Of a DNA stretch of 64,000 nucleotides, positions 42,001-56,115 are shown in pieces. Positions within the stretch are counted from its first letter, which is position 1. The number at the start of each line of letters is the position of its first letter. Source of the stretch: Octopus vulgaris (taxonomy: Eukaryota); NCBI GenBank assembly GCA_951406725.2, contig OX597833.1:9548001-9612000 (forward strand), read 5' to 3'. The notes below the pieces were generated by a model. It saw only the letters and a program-made list of their open reading frames with translations. It ran no database searches and was not told the origin of the DNA. The position numbers and the translations under genes were made by a program.

Positions 42001-45000
42001 ATTCAGGGACATGTAATTCAGGGACATGTAATTCAGGGACAGGTAATTCAGGGGAAGGTAATTCAGGGGAAGGTAATTCAAGGCAGGTAATCCAGGCGCA
42101 GGAAATTCAGGGGCAGGTAATCCAGGTGCATGTATTTCATGGACAAGTAATTCAGGGGCATGTAATTAAGGGGCAGGAAATTCAGGGACATGTAATTCAG
42201 GGGCAGGTAATTGAGGGGCATGTAATTCAGGGGTATGTAATTCAGGGTCAGGTTATTCAGGTGTAGGTTATTCAGGGGCAGGTAATCCAGGGTTAAGTAA
42301 TTAAGGGGCATGTAATTCAGAGCAAGGTAATTCAGAGGCAGTTAATTGAGGGGCATGTAATTCAGGGGCAGGTAATTCAGGTTTATGTAATCCAGGTGCA
42401 GGTAATTCAGGGGAATGTAATTCAGGTGCATGTAATTCAGGGGCATGTAATTGAGGTGCAGGTAATTGAGGGGCATATAATTCAGGTGTATGTAATTCAG
42501 GGGCATGTAATTTAGGGGAAGTTAATCCAGGGGCAGGTAATTCAGGGGTAATTCAGGGACAGGTAATTTAAAGGAATGTCATTCATGGGCAGGTAATTCA
42601 GGGTTAGGTAATCCAGGGTATGTAATTCAGGGGCAATTAATTCAGATGAAAGGTAATTCAGGGGCAGGTAATCTAGGTGCAGGTAATTTAGGGATAGATA
42701 ATTCAGAGGCATGTCATTCAGGTGCATGTAATTAAGAGGCATGTAATTGAGGGCCATGTAATTCAGGTGTTTGCAATTCAGGGGCAGGTAATTCAGATGC
42801 ATGTAATTTAGGGGCAGGTACTTCAGGGGTATGTAATTCAGGGGCAGGTAATTCAGGTGTATGTTATTCAGGGGCAGGTAATTCAGGGGCATGTAATTAA
42901 AGGGCAGGTAGTTCAGGGGCAGGTAATTCAGGGGCATGTAATTCAGGGGCATGTAATTCAGGTGTATGTGATTCATTGGCAGGTAATTCAGGGGCATGTA
43001 ATTCAGGGGCAGGTAATTCACGAGCATGTAATTCAGGTGTATGTAATTCAGGGGCAGGTAATTCAGGTGCAGGTTATTCAGGGACTCAGGGGCAGATAAT
43101 TCAGGGGCATGTAATTCAGGGGCATGTAATTGAGGGGAAGGTAATCCAGGTGCAGGTGATTTAGAGGAATGTCATTCATTGGCAGGTAATTCAGGGGCAT
43201 GTAATTCAGGGGCATGTAATTCAGGTAATTCAGGGGCAGGTAATTTATAGGAATGTCATTCATGGGCAGGTAATTCAGGGGCAGGTAATTCAGGGTTAGG
43301 TAATTCAGGGGCAGGTAATTCAGGGGCATGTCATTCACGGGCAGGTAATTTAGGGATAGATAATTCAGAGGCAGGTCATTCAGGTGCATGTAATTAAGAG
43401 GGGCAGGTAATTCAGGTGTTTGTAATTCAGGGGCAGGTAATTCAGGGTCAGGTTATTTAGGGTTAGGTTATTCAGGGACAGGTAATTCAGGGGCAGGTAA
43501 TTCAGATGTATGTTATTCAGGGGCAGGTAATTCAGGGGCAGGTAATTCAGGGGCAGGTAATTCAGGGGCATGTAATTGAGGTGCAGGTATTTGAGGGGCA
43601 TGTAATTCAGGTGTATGTAATTCAGGGGCATGTAATTCATGGGTGGGTAATTCAGAGGATTGTCATTCAGGGGCAGGTAATTCAGGGTTAGGAAATCCAG
43701 GGGCATGTAATTCAGGGGTAATTCAGGGACAGGTAATTTAGAGGAATGTCATTCATGGGCAGGTTATTCAGGGGCATGTAATTCAGGGGCAGGTAATTTA
43801 GGGATAGATAATTCAGAGGCATGTCATTCAGGGGCAGGTCATTCAGGGGCAGGTAATTCAGGGGAAGGTAATTGAGGGTCAGGTTAATTCAGGTGTAGTT
43901 AATTCAGGGGCAGGTAATCCAGGGTTAAGTAATTAAGGGGTATGTAATTCAGAGCAAGGTAATTCAGTGGCAGGTAATTGAGGGGCATGTAATTCAGGGG
44001 CATGTAATTGAGGTGCAGGTAATTCAGGGGCATGTAATTCAGGTGCAGGTAATTCAGGGGCATGTAATTCAGGGGCATGTAATTCAGGTGCATGTAATTC
44101 AGGGGTAGGTAATTAAGGGGCAGGTAATTCAGGGGCATGTAATTCATGGGTGGGTAATTCAGAGGAATGTAATTCAGGGGCATGTAATTCAGGGGTAATT
44201 CAGGGAAGGTAATTTAGAGGATTGTCATTCAGGGGCAGGTAATTCAGGGTTAGGTAATCCAGGGGAAGGTAATCCAGGGGCAGGTAATTCAGGGACAGGT
44301 AATTTAGAGGAATGTCATTCATGGGCAGGTAATTCAGGGGTATGTAATTCAGGGGCATGTAATTCAGGGGCATGTAATTCAGGGGCATGTAATTCAGGGG
44401 CATGTAATTCAGGGCAGGTAATTCAGATGCATGTAATTTAGGGGCATGTAATTCAGGGGCATGTAATTCAGGGGCAGGTAATTCAGGTGTATGTAATTCA
44501 GGTGCATGTAATTCATGGGCAGGTAATTCAGGGACATGTCATTCAGGGAAGGTAATTCAGGGGCATGTAATTCGGGCATGTAATTCATGGGCGGGTAATT
44601 GAGGGGAAGGTAATCAAGGTGCAGGTGATTTAGAGTAATGTCATTCATTGGCAGGTAATTCAGGGGCAGGTAATTCAGAGGAATGTAATTCAGGGGCATG
44701 TAATTCAGGGGAAGGTAATTAAGGGACAGGTAATTTATAGGAATGTCATTCATGGGCAGGTAATTCAGGGGCAGGTAATTCAGGGGCATGTAATTCAGGG
44801 GTATGTAATTCATGGGCAGGTAATTGAGGGGCATGTCATTCAGGGGCATGTAATTTAGGGGCAGGTAATTCACGGGCAGGTAATTCACGGGCAGGTAATT
44901 CACGGGCATGTAATTCAGGTGTATGTAATTTATGGGCAGCTAATTCAGGGGTATGTAATTCAGGGGAATGTCATTCAGGGGCAGGTAATTCGGGCATGTA

Positions 45001-48000
45001 ATTCATGTGCGGGTAATTGAGGGGAAGGTAATCCAGGTGCAGGTGATTTAGAGTAATGTCATTCATTGGCAGGTAATTCAGGGGCTGGTAATACAGAGCA
45101 ATGTAAGGTAATCCAGGGGGAGGTAATTTATAGGAATGTCATTCATGGGCAGGTAATTCAGGGGCATGTAATTGAGGTGCAGGTAATTGAGGGGCTTGTA
45201 ATCCAGGTGTATGTAATTCAGGGGCATGTAATTCGTGGGTGGGTAATTCAGAGGAATGTAATTCAGGGGAAGGTCATTCAGGGGCAGGTAATTCAGGCGT
45301 AATTCAGGGACAGGTAATTTAGAGGAATGTCATTCATGGGCAGGTAATTCAGGGGCATATAATTCAGGGGCAGGTCATCGAGGTGCATGTAATTTCAGGG
45401 GCATGTAATTCACGGGCAGGTAATTCAGGGGCTGGTGATTTAGGGATAGATAATTCAGAGGCATGTCATTCAGGGGCAGGTAATTCAGGTGCATGTAATT
45501 AAGAGACAGGTAATTCAGGGCCATGTAATTCAGGTGCTTGTAATTCAGGGGCACGTAATTCAGATGCATGTAATTTAGGGGCAGGTACTTCAGGGGAAGG
45601 TAATTTAGGGGCATTTAATTCATGGGCAGGTAATTGAGGGGCATGTAATTTAGGGCCAGGTAGTTCACGGGCAGGTAATTGAGGGGCATGTCATTCAGGG
45701 GCAGGTAATTCAGTGGCATGTAATTCACGGGCAGGTAATTCACGGGCATGTAATTCAAGTGTATGTAATTCAGGGGCAGGTAATTCAGGTGCAGGTTATT
45801 CAGGGACTCAGGGGTAGATACTTCAGGGGCATGTAATTCTGGGGCAGGTAATTCAGGGGCATGTAATTCAGGGGCATGTAATTCAGGGGCAGGTAATTCA
45901 GGGGCATGTAATTCGTGGGTGGGTAATTCAGAGGAATGTAATTCAGGGGCAGGTAATTCAGGGGTAATTCAGGGACAGGTAACTCAAAGGAATGTCATTC
46001 ATCTGCAGGTAATTTAGGGGCAGGTAATCTAGGGGCATGTAATTCAGATGAAAGGTAATTCAGGGCATGTCATTCACGGGCTGGTAATTTAGGGATAGAT
46101 AATTCAGGGGCATGTAATTCAGGGGCAGGTAATTCAGGGGCATGTAATTCAGGGGCAGGTAGTTCAGGGGCAGGTAATTCATGGCCATTTAATTCATGGG
46201 CAGGTAATTCATGGGCAGGTAATTCATGGGCAGGTAATTGAGGGGCAGGTAATTCAGGGGCATGTAATTTAGGGGCAGGTAATTCAGGTGTATGTAATTC
46301 AGGTGCAGGTTATTCAGGGACTCAGGGGTAGATAATTCAGGGGCATGTAATTCAGGGGCATGTAATTCAGGGGCATGTAATTCAGTTGCATGTAATTGAG
46401 GGGCATGTAATTCAGGTGTATGTTATTCAGGGGCAGGTAATTCAGGTATAGGTTATTCAGGGGCAGGTAATCCAGGGGTAACTAATTAAGGGGCAGGTCA
46501 TTCAGGGGCATGTAATTTAGGGGCAGGTAATTCACGGGCAGGTAATTCACGGGCATGTAATTCAGGTGTATGTAATTTATGGGAAGGTAATTCAGGGGTA
46601 TGTAATTCAGGGGCATGTCATTCAGGGGCAGGTAAATCGGGCATGTAATTCATGTGCGGGTAATTGAGGGGAAGGTAATCCAGGTGCAGGTGATTTAGAG
46701 TAATGTCATTCATTGGCAGGTAATTCAGGGGCAGGTAATACAGAGCAATGTAATTTAGGGGAAGGTAATCCAGGGGGAGGTAATTTATAGGAATGTCATT
46801 CATGGACAGGTAATTCAGGGTCTTGTAATTCAGGGGCATGTAATTGAGGTGCAGGTAATTGAGGGGCTCGTAATCCAGGTGTATGTAATTCAGGGGCATG
46901 TAATTCGTGGGTGGGTAATTCAGAGGAATGTAATTCGGGGGAAGGTAATCCAGGCGCAGGTAATTCAGGCGTAATTCAGGGACAGGTAATTTAGAGGAAT
47001 ATCATTCATGGGCAGGTAATCCAGGGGCATGTAATTCAGGGGCAGGTAATCGAGGTGCATGTAATTCAGGGGCATGTCATTCACGGGCAGGTAATTCAGG
47101 GGCTGGTAATTTAGGGATAGATAATTCAGAGGCATGAAATTCAGGGGCAGGTCATTCAGGTGCATGTAATTATGAGGCAGTTAATTCAGGTGCTTGTAAT
47201 TCAGGGGCACGTAATTCAAATGCATGTAATTTAGGGGCAGGTACTTCAGGGGAAGGTATTTTAGGGGCATTTAATTCATGGGCAGGTAATTGAGGGGCAT
47301 GTAATTTAGGGCCAGGTAGTTCACGGGCAGTTAATTGAGGGGCATGTCATTCAGGGGCAGGTAATTCACGGGCAGGTAATTCACGGGCAGGTAATTCACG
47401 GGCATGTAAATCAGGTGTATGTAATTCAGGGGCAGGTAATTCACGTGCAGGTTATTCAGGGACTCAGGGGTAGATACTTGAGGGGCATGTAATTCTGGGG
47501 CAGGTAATTCAGGGGCATTTAATTCAGGTGCATGTAATTCATGGGCAGGTAATTCAGGGGCATGTAATTCAGGGGCAGGTAATTCAGGGGCAGGTAATTC
47601 AGGGTTAGGTAATTCAGCGGCATGTAATTGAGGTGCAGGTAATTGAGGGGCATGTAATTCAGGTGTCTGTAATTCAGGTGTATGTAATTCAGGGGTAGGT
47701 AATTCAGGGGCATGTAATTCAGGGGCATGTAATTCGTAGGTGGGTAATTCAGTAATTCAGGGGCATGTAATTCAGGGGAAGGTAATCCAGGGGCAGGTAA
47801 TTCAGGGGTAATTCAGGGACAGGTACCTTAGAGGAATGTCATTCATCTGCAGGTAATTTAGGGGCAGGTAATCCAGGGGCATGTAATTCAGGGGCATGTC
47901 ATTCACGGGCAGGTAATTCAGGGGCTGGTAATTTAGGGATAGATAATTCAGAGGCATGTCATTCAGGGTCATGTAATTTAGGGGCAGGTACTTCAGGGGC

Positions 48001-48650
48001 ATTTAATTCATGGGCAGGTTATTCAGGGACTCAGGGGTAGATAATTCAGGGGAGTGTAATTCAGGTGTATGTAATTCAGGGGCATGTAAATCAGTTGCAT
48101 GTAATTCAGGGGCATGTAATTCAGGTGCATGTAATTAAGGGGTATGCAATTCAGGGGCATGTCATTCAGGGGCATGTCATTCAGCGAAGGTAATTCAGGG
48201 GCAGGTAATTCAGGGCTAGGTAATCCAGGGGCAGGTAATTCAGGGGCATGTAATTCAGGTGTATGTAATTCAGGGGCATGTCATTCACGGGTGGGTAATT
48301 TAGGGATAGGTAATTCAGGGGCACATCATTCAGAGTCAGATCATTCATGTGCATGTAATTAAGAGTCATGTAATTTAGGGGCAGGTAATTCAGGTGCATG
48401 TAATTCAGGGGTAATTCAGGGACAGGTAATTTAGAGGAATGTCATTCATGGGCAGGTAATTCAGGGGCTTGTAATTCTGGGTTAGGTAATCCAGGGGCAT
48501 GTAATTCAGGAGCTTGTAATTCAGGGGCAGGTAATCTAGGTGCAGGTAATTCAGGGGTATGTCAATCACGGGCAGGTAATTTAGGGATAGATAATTCAGG
48601 GGCAGGTCATTTAGGTGCATGTAATTGAGGGGCAGGTAATTGAAGGCCAT
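42001..48650 (+). repeat. 15-bp G-rich satellite (about 440 copies) running into the gap
   Basis: Consensus taattcaggggca(g/t)g; variant landmarks recur at a period of about 1.65 kb. Confidence 0.97.
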
Positions 48651-48750
48651 NNNNNNNNNNNNNNNNNNNNNNNNNNNNNNNNNNNNNNNNNNNNNNNNNN
48701 NNNNNNNNNNNNNNNNNNNNNNNNNNNNNNNNNNNNNNNNNNNNNNNNNN
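48651..48750. other. Assembly gap (100 N)
   Basis: Run of N. Confidence 1.
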
Positions 48751-48871
48751 AGTTCTCCAAGACACGGAACCGAAATTTGATCGAACCAACGTAATCGTTT
48801 GATCTGTTAGAAATGGCTGCCAAATCGCTCTCAAATCACACCCTACCATTACGCACACGCGCACACACACA

Positions 48872-48929
<58 letters not shown>

Positions 48930-49159
48930 GGTGTGTGTGTGTGTGTGTGTATGGCGAACTTTCACAGTTTTCATCTATCAAATTCAATGAGAAGGCATTT
49001 GGTCGGCCCGGAGCTATAATAGAAGACATATGCTTCTGGTGCTGCAAAGTAGGACTGAACCCAAAACGACGCGGTTGTAAAGCGAGCTTCTTAACCACAT
49101 AGCTAGGGTCTGAGGCTCAACGTATGTATATATGTCTCTATCAACTGGTAGTGGTGGTG

Positions 49160-49162
49160 CTG

Positions 49163-49257
<95 letters not shown>

Positions 49258-49264
49258 GCTGCTG

Positions 49265-49295
<31 letters not shown>
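49160..49295. repeat. (CTA)n/(CTG)n compound trinucleotide microsatellite
   Basis: Direct reading. Confidence 0.95.
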
Positions 49296-49363
49296 ATTTT
49301 CCTGCGGATCCTTAAACATCTTTGAAGAGGGACTCAACAACGGTCTCAGGTTACAACACATCG

Positions 49364-49422
<59 letters not shown>

Positions 49423-49511
49423 CTCTGTCGTGTTATCTCCGTCTTTCTAAATACCAGATTCTGTGAGTGATAACGTGGTTATCCCGACAAGTGTATAAAT
49501 GCATATATGTA

Positions 49512-49545
<34 letters not shown>

Positions 49546-49602
49546 CATACAGACATATACATATATATATATATACATGCATACATACATACATACATAC
49601 AT

Positions 49603-49635
<33 letters not shown>

Positions 49636-49950
49636 CACATACATATAAACACACACACACATATATATATATATATATGTATACACATAAACATATATAT
49701 ATATACATGGATATACGCACACACACACACACACATATATATGTATACTATATATTATATGTGTGTATATGTGCATGTATGTACGTATAATTATGTATAT
49801 ATGTGTATATATATATGCATACACACACATATATATATATATATATACATAAAAATACATACATACATACAGACATATATATATATAATACAATTGTTTG
49901 TTTGTACTCCACCTGCCTTCGTCTTTTGTTTATTTTCGTAAAGCTTCCCG

Positions 49951-50001
<51 letters not shown>

Positions 50002-50022
50002 TATAAATTTATATATGTATAT

Positions 50023-50062
<40 letters not shown>

Positions 50063-50852
50063 GTGCATATGCATATACTTTCAGCATAACATGTATACAT
50101 AATGGATACACACAAGTACATTCCACCGAACCATCCATTCAGTTAGCCATTCGTCCATCCATCCATCCATCCATCCATCCATCCATCCATCCATCCATCC
50201 AGCATCCGTTTCCCCCACCCACACACCCATCCGTACATGCACACACGCTCTTTATGCCTTGAACAAACAAGCCCAATCGCCAAACCACAATTGATAAACC
50301 AAACCAAAGCAAACCAACCGAGAAACCAGGCAACAGGCTATCTCATCTCTCTCCTCCACCTTAGGCTGTTAGCTGATGCCTAGAACAGACGTGATATCAC
50401 GCTATCACGTCCGCAGTTCATCTCTAAGCACTCAATTCCACACGTCTATGATTTCACGTTTAATTAGGAGCCTACTATAAATAATAGGAGAGTTATTATA
50501 AACAATTTCTAAAGCTTAAAACATGGCGTCCAAATCACGGTTAATGGATCGAAACACGAGCTCCCGTGTTTTCTTGCCAGTTGGAGCTAATCTGAAGAAC
50601 GTAGCACCTCTAACGATTCGTACGATGTCTTGATTACATGTATGTATGTATGTGTGTGTTTGTGTGTGTGTGTGAGTGTGTGTGTGTGTTTTGTTTGAAC
50701 GTTTTTAGCAATTTTTACTCGTCTTATGTAATTAAGATGTTTCAACAATTGATAAAGATCCACTCGCCGCTGTAACCGTAACAAGAGGGGAACAAACAAC
50801 GTATTTTTATCATTCATATAAACACACACGGTCGCGCGCACTTATATGAGTG

Positions 50853-50920
<68 letters not shown>

Positions 50921-51529
50921 TAGGTTGTTCCCTGGTGAGTTGATGATTGTTATATTGAGTTATGTGCTTTTATAAGATACAAATGTATCAGTTTATGGAA
51001 ACAAATATGTATCTGCGTGTGTGTTTATATATATATATATATACACGCACCCACATTCAAAGATACTTGCATCAGAGTTGTATGTAAGGCTATATGTATA
51101 CACCTACATATACAGACAATCATATATATATATATATATGTATGTATATGTATGTATGCGCGCGCACACATACACACAAAGGCACAAACACTCAAATAAA
51201 TACAGATTTACAGCTACGATAATTGATGTCTATGCGAATAATTAAATTTGTTTGTGCATCTATGTGTATGTATGTATGTATGTATGTATGTATGTATGTA
51301 TGTATGTATGTATGTATGTATGTATGTGTGTATGTATGTATGTATGTATGTCTCTTTTGTATTTAATCACTTCAATTCTTCTGATGAAGATGGAGCTAGT
51401 TTCTTACAAAGATACGAAACCCCATCATTGGGATGTAGATAACGGAAACAACCTCACATTTTAAATCCGAGCAAAATCTTGCATTGTTTCACTGTTCCGC
51501 TAACAAATTGCATTTGTAATGTGTGTCTG

Positions 51530-52208
51530 CAGTGGCGGACCGGCCAGGTTGCCAGCTTGCCCGATGACAAGTGGGCCCCTGCGCCATTAGAATCCATATT
51601 TGGGGGCCTATCTTTGTATCTGTGGAGGCGCAAAGGCCTAGTGGTTAGGGCAGCGGACTCGCGGTCGTAGGATCGCGGTTTCGATTCCCAGACCGGGCGT
51701 TGTGAGTGTTTATTGAGCGAAAACACCTAAAAGCTCCACGAGGCTCCGGCAGGGGATGGTGGTGATCTCTGCTATACTCTTTCGCCACAACTTTCTCTCA
51801 CTCTTTCTTCTGTTGGCCTGCTCGCTTAGCCAGCGGGGTGGCGTCATTCGAAGGCTAAAACAATGCGAACGCATTGTGACCAGCGATGTGTAACTACATC
51901 TGATGGACTGGTCGGTCACGTGATCTTAGTATCTAAGGGGCCCATGCCCTTAGTTTGAGAATTATTTATTCACCCCTGGAAGTATGCATTTTTGCAGCCT
52001 GAGTGTGTTTGTAGACAGTGGAAAAGAATACTTAAGAAAATAAATAAATGATAGCATTGTAGTTGCGGGTGGGCCTCCTTGTAGTTGCGGGTGGGCCCCT
52101 TGTAGTTGCGGGTGGGCCTCCTTGTAGTTGCGGGTGGGCCCCTTGTAGTTGCGGGTGGACCCCCTTAGTCTCCTGGCAAGCAATACTTTTAGACCCAGTT
52201 CGCCACTG
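51530..52208. mobile_element. hAT-like MITE with nested SINE and internal 20/21-bp tandem repeat
   Basis: TIRs CAGTGGCGGACCGG and CAGTGGCGAACTGG; 8-bp flanks tgtgtctg and tgtgtgtg; ttgtagttgcgggtggg five times at 52057-52160. Confidence 0.75.
51624..51922 (+). mobile_element. tRNA-derived SINE family C
   Basis: ggcctagtggttaggg A-box and ggtttcgattccc B-box in a tRNA-like head; a diverged copy lies at about 59954-60180. Confidence 0.8.
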
Positions 52209-52567
52209 TGTGTGTGTGTGTGTGCGTGCACGTGTGTATGTCTGTCTGTCTGTCTGTCTGTATGTGTGTATGTATGTATGCATGTATGTGTGTATGTATG
52301 TATGCATGTATGTGTGTATATATGTATGTTTCAACGTTTGTGTGTTTGCGTTTGCATGCATGCTATGCATGTATGTATGTATGGCTATGTATATGTGTGT
52401 GTATGTTTGTATTCATCAATGTTTGTATGTTATGTAAATAAATACGTCTTATATATTGAATATATACATGCATATATACATTGTAATGAAGCTAAATACA
52501 TTACATTACATTCATACACACATACATATATACATACAACACACACATACATACATACATACATACA

Positions 52568-52603
<36 letters not shown>

Positions 52604-52763
52604 TATATGCTAGATCTCTAACAAGTCTTTCTTCCTGATACCTTGGTATCTTCTAAGCTGAAGTGAAGACAGCATGTTCTTTGTCTATCTCCTTACCTTC
52701 TTGGAGGTTTTAGGTAAAATTATACAAATGTGTCCATCTGTTTTAATTTAATTCTATGTATTT

Positions 52764-52851
52764 ATGCAACTGAGGATTGCTCTACATTTAAATTGATGTA
52801 ATGGTTGCATTGTTCGATTAAATTGAGTCGCCTGAAACGATCGTACTGCAT
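52764..52851 (+). ncRNA. Type I hammerhead ribozyme with degenerate extended stem II
   Basis: ATGCAa-CTGAGGA-(57 nt)-GAAAC-GATC-GTA-cTGCAT; palindromic stem III ACGATCGT. Confidence 0.6.
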
Positions 52852-53259
52852 TACCTCTGGATATCCTGTTACTTATTTTGATTAGCACAGTTATTCGCCA
52901 CACACCCAAACTCTACGCATACACACACGAACACACACACACACACACACACTACAAACAAAACACACACACCATACATATATATACACGCACACACACA
53001 CACATACTTCAAACTAGCAGTACCTACTACTGACCTGGGGTAGAGACAAAAAGAAACACTCCCAATTTCTTCTTCCTTGACCTTAAACAATACTAAGCCC
53101 TACAACACGCACAGATTAACAGCCACAACCACACACACATACACACACGCGCACACGCAGACCTTCGCGCACGCACATATCCACACTTACACACACATAC
53201 CTTCTCTTGCACTCTCCTGTCTTTGAAAGAACTTTTCTTCACCCATTTCCTTCCGGTCA

Positions 53260-53480
53260 TTCAAAATGTGACCGCGTGTGTACCATTGGCGATTTTTTTT
53301 CCTCTGTCTTCCCTTCTCTGGATCTTTCCTTCTCCTATGTTTCCGACGAAGAGCTCCGCTCGAAACGTTAAACCCTCCTTCTTCCCTTCTTTCCTGAGCG
53401 TCCAATAATACTATATTTGTTCCACGTCCTCGCGTTGTTGTGTTTTCTCTTTGTGTTTTCGTGTTTGGATTAACTATATA
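53260..53480 (+). mobile_element. PLE-terminus-like repeat with variant HHR core; second copy at 56353-56540
   Basis: CCGACGA-A-GAGC(tcc)GCTC-GAAAC followed by a T-rich tail ending in (TA)n. Confidence 0.55.
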
Positions 53481-53707
53481 TATATGAGGGGGTCAAAGGT
53501 CCTTCCTGAGGCTCCATCTTCCTCGGCAGGAGACACTGTCCGTCACAAGATTACTAATTTTTACCAGCTGACCAGCTGCGTGGAATGGAGCAACGTGAAA
53601 TGTTTTGTTTTGCTTAAGAGGATGACGCATCACCCTGTCCAAGAAACGAAATCACAATCTTGCGATCATGAATGCAACAACCAAAACCATGCGCCTCCAC
53701 ACACACA

Positions 53708-53788
<81 letters not shown>

Positions 53789-53889
53789 TTATTTTGCTTC
53801 CTGCAATGTAGTGCGTCTCTTTTCGTTTCTCATGAGACGGCAAATTTTAGACGGAGACAAATTGCTTGAACATCTGACCCCTTCGTATA

Positions 53890-54471
53890 TTCTTTTCTAC
53901 TCTAGGCACAAGGGTCGAAATTTTGGGGCAGGGAGCCACTCGATTACATCAACCCTAGTACGCAACTGGTACTAATTTATTGATCCCGAAAGGATGAAAG
54001 GCAAAGTCAACCTCGGCGGAATTTGAACTCAGAACGTAACGCCAGACGAAATACCTATTTCTTTACTACCCACAAGGGGCTAAACATAGAGGGGACAAAC
54101 AAGGACAGACAAACGGATTAAGTCGATTATATCGACCTCAGTGCGTAACTGGTACTTAATTTATCGACCCCGAAAGGATGAAAGGCAAAGTTGACCTCAG
54201 TGGAATTTGAACTCAGAACGTAGCGGCAGACGAAATACCTATTTCTTTATTGCCCACAAAGGGCTAAGCACAGAGGGGACAAACAAGGACAGACAAAGGG
54301 GTTAAGTCGATTATATCGACTCCAGTGTGTAACTGGTACTTAATTTATCGACCTCGAAAGGATGAAAGGCAAAGTCGACCTCGGTGGAATTTGAACTCAG
54401 AACGTAACGGCAGACGAAATACGGCTACGCATTTCGCCCGGCGTGCTAACGTTTCTGCCAGCTCACTGCCT
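53890..54471 (-). mobile_element. Head-to-tail trimer of SINE family B (period about 184 bp)
   Basis: The junction gacgaaatacctatttcttta recurs at about 54046 and 54230; only the rightmost unit has the 5' head. Confidence 0.85.
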
Positions 54472-54909
54472 TGAAATATTCGAATATTGACAGAATGTAA
54501 AGTAACGGGGACCGACCTAAATAAACATTTCTACTAAACGCACAAGGCCTGAAATTTTGTAGGGAAAGGACTAGTCGATTTCATTGAGCCAAGTGTAACA
54601 CTGGTACTTGAAATTTATAGACTTCGAAAGGACGAAAGGCAATGTCGACCTCCGCGGAATTTGAACTCAGAACGTAGCGGCAGATGAATTACTGTTAAGC
54701 ATTTCGCCCGGCGTGCTCAAGATTCTGGCGGCTCGACGCCTTAGGGACCAACATAAATGATAATATAAGCAATATGACTAAACTATATTATCCTAGCTCG
54801 CTTCTTTGTAGTTGGTTGACACAGACACACTGATATATATATATATATATATCAGCAAATGGCGGTGCCCCAGCATGGCCACAGCTCGTGAGCTGAAACT
54901 AGATAAAAT

Positions 54910-54940
<31 letters not shown>

Positions 54941-55256
54941 TGTGTATATATATTTATATATATATGTATACAGACCTATATATACTCATACACATCGAAG
55001 AAAGTTTCTTGGAATCAAGTAATTAAATGTTCAGAATGATACAATCACACACATCCACGCACACATACTCATATATACATACATAAATATATATATACAT
55101 ATATACATACATGCATACAAATATATATATGTATGTGTGTCTATATCTAACATAAATAACGTAATATATATACATGTATACATATATATCTATATCTATC
55201 TTTATTTATATGTATATGCATATATATATATATATATATATATGTGCATATATATA

Positions 55257-55309
<53 letters not shown>

Positions 55310-55428
55310 TTTGTTTAAAGCAGCAGAAAATTCAACAAATTCTGCTGCTTTAAATAAAGCATATTACTCTACCACTGGTATTTGAGTACTCTTTTTTCCA
55401 CCTTGTTTCACATTTATGTGTTTACTTT

Positions 55429-55466
<38 letters not shown>

Positions 55467-56049
55467 TGGAATGTGTATATGGATATTGATAAATATTCAA
55501 GTATATATGTATACGCACAGATATATAAACATGCAAACATACAAACGCATATTTGCAGATGGACATAGATAAAAAAAATGGAAACCAAAAAAATAAACAA
55601 AAATAAATAAAAACAGAAAATAAGAAAACATGAAAGAAGAAAAGGAAGAAATAAATTAAATAAACGAAAGTGAATTCTAACGAAGGAACGATTTTAGATG
55701 GATATGTAGTATTTAATTTAGCGAATCATTGATAAAACATGGCGTGAGTTTCGTATTAAGAAAATGATCATTATCTGAAGAGAGAGAATTACTGAAGGAA
55801 AAGGGAACCAATCTGTCTGTCGGTCAGTCTGTCTGCCTGTCTTTGTCTGTCTGTTCGTCTCTCTCTCTCTCTTGCTCTCCCTCTCTCTATATGTATGTCT
55901 CTGTATCAGTCTCTCATGTATCTGTAGCCACACACGCGTACTATAATTAAAGTAGTTAGATATGTTAAAAGATATAAACATGATAAATTACTCCATATGT
56001 ATACATAGTCGTCATGAATATCCTTTATACATACATACACCCCCCCCCA

Positions 56050-56080
<31 letters not shown>

Positions 56081-56115
56081 ACATACACACACACAGATAT
56101 ATATATATATATATA

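Noticed and set aside
42078-48650. Pentapeptide-repeat ORFs (LNYLP)n and (VIQGQ)n
   Set aside because: Consequence of the 15-bp unit; frequent stops and 1-bp indels, no gene structure.
51375-51442. CTGATGA...GAAAC hammerhead-like motif
   Set aside because: Stems I and II do not pair convincingly; at best a decayed remnant.
51624-51700. tRNA gene
   Set aside because: No complete acceptor stem and it continues into a SINE body; treated as a SINE head.
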